Origin: Diplonema japonicum
Lineage: Eukaryota > Protista > Euglenozoa: Diplonemea
Assembly (NCBI GenBank): GCA_964019335.1
Contig: OZ025730.1
Span: forward strand, 368,612-432,611
Direction: 5' to 3'
DNA length: 64,000 bases
Below, one piece after another: positions 58,089 through 64,000 of the stretch (position 1 is its first letter; the number at the start of each line of letters is the position of its first letter). A model generated the notes under the pieces. That model ran no database searches, was not told the DNA's origin, and saw only the letters and a list, made by a program, of their open reading frames with translations. The position numbers and the translations under genes are program-made.

Positions 58089-59137
58089 ACACATGACAGG
58101 GGTGGGTTGTTCCATTCCCTTAAACTGAAAAGTCGGAACTTGGTGGAACAGCAGAACTGGTGGAACCAGAACTTGGTGGAAATTGGTGGAACAGGGAATT
58201 CCTTACCTAATTTTTTTTTTTTTTTTTTTTTTAGCGTCCCCACTCCTGCCTGCAACGTTGTTTAAAAGATTTCCAGTTCAAAATTTCTTCCTTTCTTTTC
58301 AGTTCTTTCTTGTAAATGCTTTGCAGCATGGTTACTTCACTCCTTTCCCCTGCCTCTGCTGCCGAAAAAGTGGGAAGTTGTTGTTACTATAGTTGTTGTT
58401 GCCATTGTTGTTGTTGTTACCCTTCTTCCCAGTGTCTGGATAGGCCCTGTACTGCTGTTGTTGCTGTTGCTGTTGCTGTTGCTGCAGCAGATCATTTAGG
58501 TCGATGCAGGAGCCTTTTGATGGGGGCTACCCTGGGCTGGAATACGTCTGACGATGGTTGGTTCATGGTGGCGTCCTGCTGTTGTGGAAAAAAAAAATTA
58601 GGTAAGGAATTCCCTGTTCTGCCAAGTTCCACCAGTTCCACCACGTTCCACCATTTCTACCAGTTCCACCAAGTTCCAGTTCCACCATTCTGCCAAGTTC
58701 CGACTTTTCAGTTTGGTGGAAGGGAATGGAATGACCCACCCCTGCCCAGAGCACTGGCTAGGGTTGAGCTGCACACCACATGCATTAAGGACACAACATG
58801 GAATGCAAATGCAGCCGAGGTGCACCCTGTCACTGGTTTCCTTTACCTCTTTTATTATTGGGTGGTGGGGATAACACAGAAATATGGAAATATAAAGAAG
58901 TACATCAGATGTGTTGTTCACTGTTGACCTCCACATTGGTCATCACTGGTAGTGCCTGTGTGGGGGAAGATTACAGGGGCACCATGGCTGGGGTTGAGAC
59001 ACATTAAGGACATGATGTGGAACACAGAAGAAGCTACAGCTAGGCCAAGGTGTGCCCCCTGTAATCAAGTAGCAGGAAGAGATGGAAGGAGAGGCAAGGT
59101 TACAAAAGGACTCTTCCCTGGAGCTGGCAGTGAGCGA

Positions 59138-60820
59138 GACGATAGGCTGCCATCGGGCCGACCTGACCCATCCACCAGTAAGTCATGTACTGTAGTGCAG
59201 AGGAAGCGGAAATCTGCCCTGCACTGCGTTTCCTTTCTATCCATAGCAGGAAGGCCTCCTCCTCCAATATCGTCAGATGCCATCTGCGTACCTGCTCCGC
59301 GAATTGCCAGCCCCTGTGAAGGACCGAGACCACCGAGTCTTGAGATTTGTAGTAAGTCCCCATGAACTCTTGCGTTTGCAGTAGTAGGGGTCCCACTTCC
59401 TCCTTTGCGATCGAATAGTTGTTTAATCGCGGCCGACCTTTCAGAGTCGCAGAGGGAGTGAGAAACGTTTTTGATAAATGAAAAAGAGGAGTGAGTGGGG
59501 GGAGGGAACCATTGACAGGAGCTAGAGAAGTACTGTTCTGATTGATACGAGTTAGGGATGGTGGATGAGTCAGCTGTCAATGCCTCACCTTTTTTGGACC
59601 CCCACCATGGAAGTAATTCAGTCTCTTTGAGGGTTCTGACCTAAGAGGTTCCAACTTTACCACTGCTGCCAGCCGAGCCGCGGTGCTGATGACATTGCCA
59701 TCAACCTTCATCCATTCCAATCTTTCCAGCCTTTCCTTGTACACCAAGGCCCTTTCCATGCCGGATTGGCAATCTGGAGCCTTAGCCCTGATATGGCAAC
59801 ACTCCAGCTGGACCATGAGATTGTGCACCAGTGGAAACAGGGCCTCCCCTACCATGGCAAAGAGCAGGAAGATCTGCATCAGGTACCAGAACAACCTACA
59901 AACATCATGTTCATGTCCACGTTCAGTGTCCCAGGCATCCTCCAGGATCGGTCTGTAGTGAGTCTGGATGTTTCCAAGGAGCTGATGTCTGAGATGGGCG
60001 TGTGTGACGTGTCCAACCCAGGATGTCACTCTTCTGGTGTCCACTGAGTACAGAAGCTTGTCTGGCACCAGTCCTGCTTGGCCCCCTCCCAGGCCTGTGT
60101 GGCCTCCTCCTAGGCCTGCTTGGCCCCCTCCTGGGCCTGTGTGGCCTCCTTCCAGGCCTGCTTGGCCCCCTCCTAGGCCTACTTGGCCTTCTCCTCAACC
60201 TGTGGGGTTGGAGGATCCCTCCTGGTCTGCAAGACCCAGACTCTTGAGCCCCCCTGGGCTGCTCAAGAATGCCCTGAAGGCGCCCATCAGCCCCTCCGTC
60301 AGGATGGGGGCCTGTTTCTCCTCCCTAGCAGGGGAACCCAGCAGCACCAGAGGTTCGCCCTCCTTCTGGACTGCCCATAGACATCGGGGGCAGATCCAAC
60401 CCCTGGAGCCCAGGTCCTTTAGAAGGTGCATTCCGTCTCTTTTGTGAACCTGCTTGAGGCACGCTTCATTGCCCAGGCAACCACATCAGGGGCAATGGAA
60501 CCCCATTTTGTGCTCCCAGTCACAGCCGGCAGCACAGTCCGGGTCCGCCGGCACCGCGGGGGCCCCCTCCAGGTATAGTATAACCGATAACTCCAACAGG
60601 TCGATGTCTGCACAAGCCATATTTTTTGTTTGTGCAAGCTGTTTTCACCTACAGTAGGGATAAACAGACAAGCTGCCTCTACTCTTTTTTGCAATAACAA
60701 TTCTTTTCAAAAATTTGTTTACTTGTTCCAGCAAAAAAGAGTCGGCTGATTGTTTGTGCAAGCCAGACCCCCCATATAGAGGAGGGTTAAGCGCCCAGGA
60801 ATACCATGGGGCACCAGCCT
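59138..60820 (-). mobile_element. Truncated second copy of the YR retrotransposon (inter-unit spacer, gag, 5' part of YR)
   Basis: 59138-60122 repeats 63016-64000 at an offset of 3878 bp. Confidence 0.9.
59577..60620 (-). pseudogene. gag-like ORF1 with N-terminal PHD-like finger and 21-bp repeats; two internal TGA codons
   Basis: One reading frame from MACADID to KKVRH*, broken only by TGA at 60486-60488 and 60195-60197. Confidence 0.7.
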
Positions 60821-62415
60821 CTACGTTTTCTTGGTGACCCACCTGCACTGCCAAGCCAGCCTAGTGTAGGCGTCGGCGGGGTTGTCCTTCGATGGGACGT
60901 ATCTCAGCTGGAGAGTACAATCCCGTTCCTGCAGTATGGATTGCAGCCTCGCGATCCAACCCATCGTCCCTTTGTCGAGCGCATATCCCCTTGCCATGGC
61001 CCCGATAACAGCCTTGTTGTCGCAGCCGGCCACAATGGCCAGACCGCTGCCTGCCCCTGACACGAGCTCCACGAGGCGTAACACCGCCACCAGCTCTTTC
61101 TCGAAGATCGGAATGTCCTTCCAATCCCGCGGAAACACGCCGCATGCGTAGCGGTCCTCGCCCACAGTGACACCCCATCCCAGCATGCTCGCGTCCGAGA
61201 AGGCCTCCACCGGATGTCTCGAGCGACGGTCCCAGACACACCACAAATTTTGGGCCAACTGTTCCGTCTCACCAGCCAGGCAAGTCCGTGTGTCCTTGTC
61301 CAAGGTAACCTCCGTCTCCCAAAAACTCTTCCGGCGCATGCACTGACCCCTTGAAGTGTGGGACATCCAGCGAAGAATCAGTACCACCCCCCTGAAGGGC
61401 CTCAGCGTAGCATGCCGTCTCCAAAGCAGGACGCCAGCGAGCCTCCACCACAGTCTAACCGGTGCCTCCCAAGCGCGCAAGAGTGTAGAAGCGGGCCCGG
61501 CCACCTTCTGCACCCATCTTGTACTCATTCGCCATCGCTTCTCCCTGAGATCGATCTCCAAACCGAGCGTCTCCATCTTGGAGCACGGCTCCACCCGGTC
61601 GCCAATCTCCACGCGAAACTCCGTGCACAGCGACTCGAATCTGGCACAGACCTGTTGCAAGGCGGCAAGCGTAGCAGCTCCAAACAAGTTGTTGTCTATC
61701 CATGCGTGATGACGAGCAGGAACGTCCTCCGTCGCTGCAGCACCCAAATAAGCATACCCGTTGAGCACCCTGCGGAGTCGCCCGATACCCCATGGGTAGC
61801 CTCATCAGCCTGAAGTAGGAAGGCATGTCGTCCCCCGCGCCTCGGATTCGGAAGGAAAAGAACGGCCTAACCGCCTCCGGTAAACCGAACTGGAAGAAAA
61901 AGGAGCGGAAATCGTACTCTGCACAGTACTCGCAGCTCATTAGATCGGCGATGATGTCCCGGTATGTGAGCAGGTTGCAGCTGGGCAGAGGCACGTCCAA
62001 AGTAGCGTTGTTGAAGTCCGTGCAGGCAAGGATAAAGCGCAGCCTCAAGGGATCCTTCTTCGGGACAGTGAACGTGGAGTGATACCACGGCGGAGGTCCT
62101 CGTTGACGGCTCGGTCAAACCCATCATCCAGAGGGAACGTGCGTGGGGTCGTAGCTTTTCGTTAGGGGGACCCGGAGACTTCCTAAAGGACTGCTTCACC
62201 ACGCTTCTAAGGAAATGGACGTCCGTCCACCATCGTAGAGAACCCTCCAGCCTCGGGAACCTGAGCAACAAGCCATCCGTGTCGATCGTGGAGGTGGGTA
62301 TTCTGTCGACCTCACCGATGTACGCCGCCTTCGGCAGCCGCACACTCGAACCCAGCTCCAGCCACGACTCCACATAATCATAGGTTCTGAACACGTCCGT
62401 AAGCTGACCGTCCAA
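60821..62415 (-). pseudogene. RT/RNase H ORF, frameshifted near 62100 and 61770
   Basis: RT and RNase H motifs are distributed across three consecutive frames. Confidence 0.85.
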
Positions 62416-62437
62416 CGCGGCACCGCCGGCTGAGACC

Positions 62438-63454
62438 TCACTGCAGGCTGGCGCCTCCCGCCCGTGTCTCCGCCGACGCCTGCCACGTCTCGGGAGGTAT
62501 ATATAACCTCGTTGTAGACGCCTCTGCGTGTCGAGCCATGCTCTGGGCCGCTCCTTCCCCCAGACGTCGCGCCACGTGAGTCAACGCTGCATGTCTTATG
62601 TCGTGAGCCGTGACGTTTAAGCTCTTCATCAGGAAACGGTTGTACGCTATGCGGGATATCGTTGGGAAGACCCTTCGGTCCGGTGTAGCCGACCGCTTCC
62701 TTCCTTCGATCCACCGCTTCGCAGGCCCGAATAGGTTTCCGTCCGACGGGACCACGACCCCCTGACCCTTCCCTTGTCGGTCGGTCTTCCCGCCAACCAG
62801 CATGATCAAGGTCTCCCCGGGGTGGGGGAACACGTGCCCTATTAGAAGACGTTCTACGTCCACGAACCGACCGGCCGTGCTCCATTGCAAGGACAGGGCA
62901 GCCGTCAACATGTCCTGCGGGGACGAGATCACACTGAGCACCTGCTCCCGTGACACCAGAATCCTCTGGCTTTCTAGGCGATGGTTGAAAACCTCCAGTC
63001 TCCCTTGGAGGGAACGACGATAGGCTGCCGTCAGGCCGACCTGACCCATCCGCCAGTAAGTCATGTACTGTAGTGCAGAGGAAGCGGAAATCTGCCCCGC
63101 ACTGCGTTTCCTTTCTATCCATAGCAGGAAGGCCTCCTCCTCCGATATCGTCGGATGCCATCTGCATACCTGCTCCGCGAATTGCCGGCCCCTGCGAAGG
63201 ACCGAGACCACCGAGTCTTGAGATTTGTAGCAAGTCCCCATGAACTCTTGCGTTTGCAGTAGTAGGGGTCCCACTTCCTCCTTCGCGATCGAATAGTCGT
63301 TTAATCGCGGCCGACCTTTCGGAGTCGCAGAGGGAGTGAGAAACGTTTTTGATAAATGAAAAAGAGGAGCGAGCGGGGGGAGGGAACCGTTGACGGGAGC
63401 TAGAGAAGTACTGTTCTGATTGATACGAGTTAGGGATGGTGGATGAGTCAGCTG
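62438..63454 (-). CDS. Tyrosine recombinase (frame open from the gag stop codon)
   Basis: Catalytic R...K...HxxR...H...Y arrangement; no stop codon between 63454 and 62440. Confidence 0.85.
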   Translation of the reverse strand, partial: QLTHPPSLTRINQNSTSLAPVNGSLPPLAPLFHLSKTFLTPSATPKGRPRLNDYSIAKEEVGPLLLQTQEFMGTCYKSQDSVVSVLRRGRQFAEQVCRWHPTISEEEAFLLWIERKRSAGQISASSALQYMTYWRMGQVGLTAAYRRSLQGRLEVFNHRLESQRILVSREQVLSVISSPQDMLTAALSLQWSTAGRFVDVERLLIGHVFPHPGETLIMLVGGKTDRQGKGQGVVVPSDGNLFGPAKRWIEGRKRSATPDRRVFPTISRIAYNRFLMKSLNVTAHDIRHAALTHVARRLGEGAAQSMARHAEASTTRLYIPPETWQASAETRAGGASLQ

Positions 63455-64000
63455 TCAATGCCTCACCTTTTTTGGACCCCCACCGTCAAAGTAATTCGGT
63501 CTCTTTGAGGGTTCTGACCTAAGAGGTTCCGACTTTACCGCCGCCGCCAGCCGAGCCGCGGCGCTGATGACATTGCCATCAACCTTCATCCATTCCAATC
63601 TTTCCAGCCTTTCCTCGTACACCAAGGCCCTTTCCATGCCGGATTGGCGATCCGGAGCCTTAGCCCTGATACGGCAACACTCCAGCTGGACCATGAGATC
63701 GTGTGCCAGCGGAAACAGGGCCTCCCCTACCGTGGCAAAGAGCGGGAAGATCTGCGTCAGGTACCAGAACAACCTACGAACATCGTGTTCGTGTCCACGC
63801 GCAGTGTCCCGGGCGTCCTCCGGGATCGGTCCGTAGTGAGTCTGGATGTTTCCAAGGAGCTGACGTCTGAGATGGGCGTGTGTGACGTGTCCAACCCAGG
63901 ACGTCACTCTTCTGGTGTCCACTGAGTACAGAAGCTTGTCTGGCACCAGTCCTGCTTGGCCCCCTCCCAGGCCTGTGTGGCCTCCTCCTAGGCCTGCTTG
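63455..64000 (-). CDS. gag-like ORF1, C-terminal part
   Basis: Homologous to 59577-60122; ends GGGPKKVRH*. Confidence 0.7.
   Translation of the reverse strand, partial: QAGLGGGHTGLGGGQAGLVPDKLLYSVDTRRVTSWVGHVTHAHLRRQLLGNIQTHYGPIPEDARDTARGHEHDVRRLFWYLTQIFPLFATVGEALFPLAHDLMVQLECCRIRAKAPDRQSGMERALVYEERLERLEWMKVDGNVISAAARLAAAVKSEPLRSEPSKRPNYFDGGGPKKVRH

Larger units (their letters stand above)
51440..59066. repeat. Domain of interspersed and nested repeats (ggaacttggc tandem units, gtccttaatg modules, gaccggact subterminal arrays)
   Basis: The module aaactgaaaagtcggaacttgg...acagggaattcctt recurs at ~51475, ~53040, ~53326 and ~58122 (+) and ~58600-58715 (-). Confidence 0.85.
60821..64000 (-). 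mobile_element. VIPER/TATE-like tyrosine-recombinase retrotransposon (gag, YR, RT/RNase H), running off the window end
   Basis: Gene order gag-YR-RT/RH; YR motifs RFVD, KTD, HDIRH and RH...TTRLY; RT motifs FTVPKKD, LPMG and WIDN; RNase H motifs SDASMLGWG, IFEKE, CDN and NPADAYTR. Confidence 0.9.

Noticed and set aside
60195-60488. In-frame TGA codons as evidence of UGA reassignment
   Set aside because: Host genes end normally in TGA, and these stops are explained by CGA to TGA decay.

Overview
Eukaryotic, almost certainly euglenozoan DNA. A BILBO1 homologue together with many conventional short introns suggests a diplonemid-like organism. Bases 1-51,300 form a gene-dense cluster in which all ~19 host protein genes lie on the minus strand: BILBO1, a folate-receptor-like TM protein, a PDZ protein, a CAR/NRPS-like A-T-R enzyme, three secreted paralogues, an EF-hand protein, a CYTH/TTM enzyme, a TTLL glutamylase, a polycystin-like channel, an NDT-Nudix fusion, a macrodomain protein, a CNBD K+ channel and coiled-coil proteins. 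Five tRNA genes and one tRNA-Gly-like gene with an 11-nt anticodon loop are interspersed, at least two of them inside introns. An RNase H-bearing non-LTR retrotransposon with a 2A-like motif, and a second unrelated element, have inserted immediately upstream of tRNA genes with recognisable target duplications, suggesting tRNA-targeted integration. Bases 51,400-64,000 are a repeat domain with hAT relics and a head-to-tail array of a VIPER/TATE-like tyrosine-recombinase (YR) retrotransposon. At that element's gag end, one junction carries both a -1 slippery heptamer leading into the long RT-side frame and an in-frame UGA leading into the YR frame. Its copies differ almost only by CpG transitions. 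All calls come from reading the sequence; no database searches were run.
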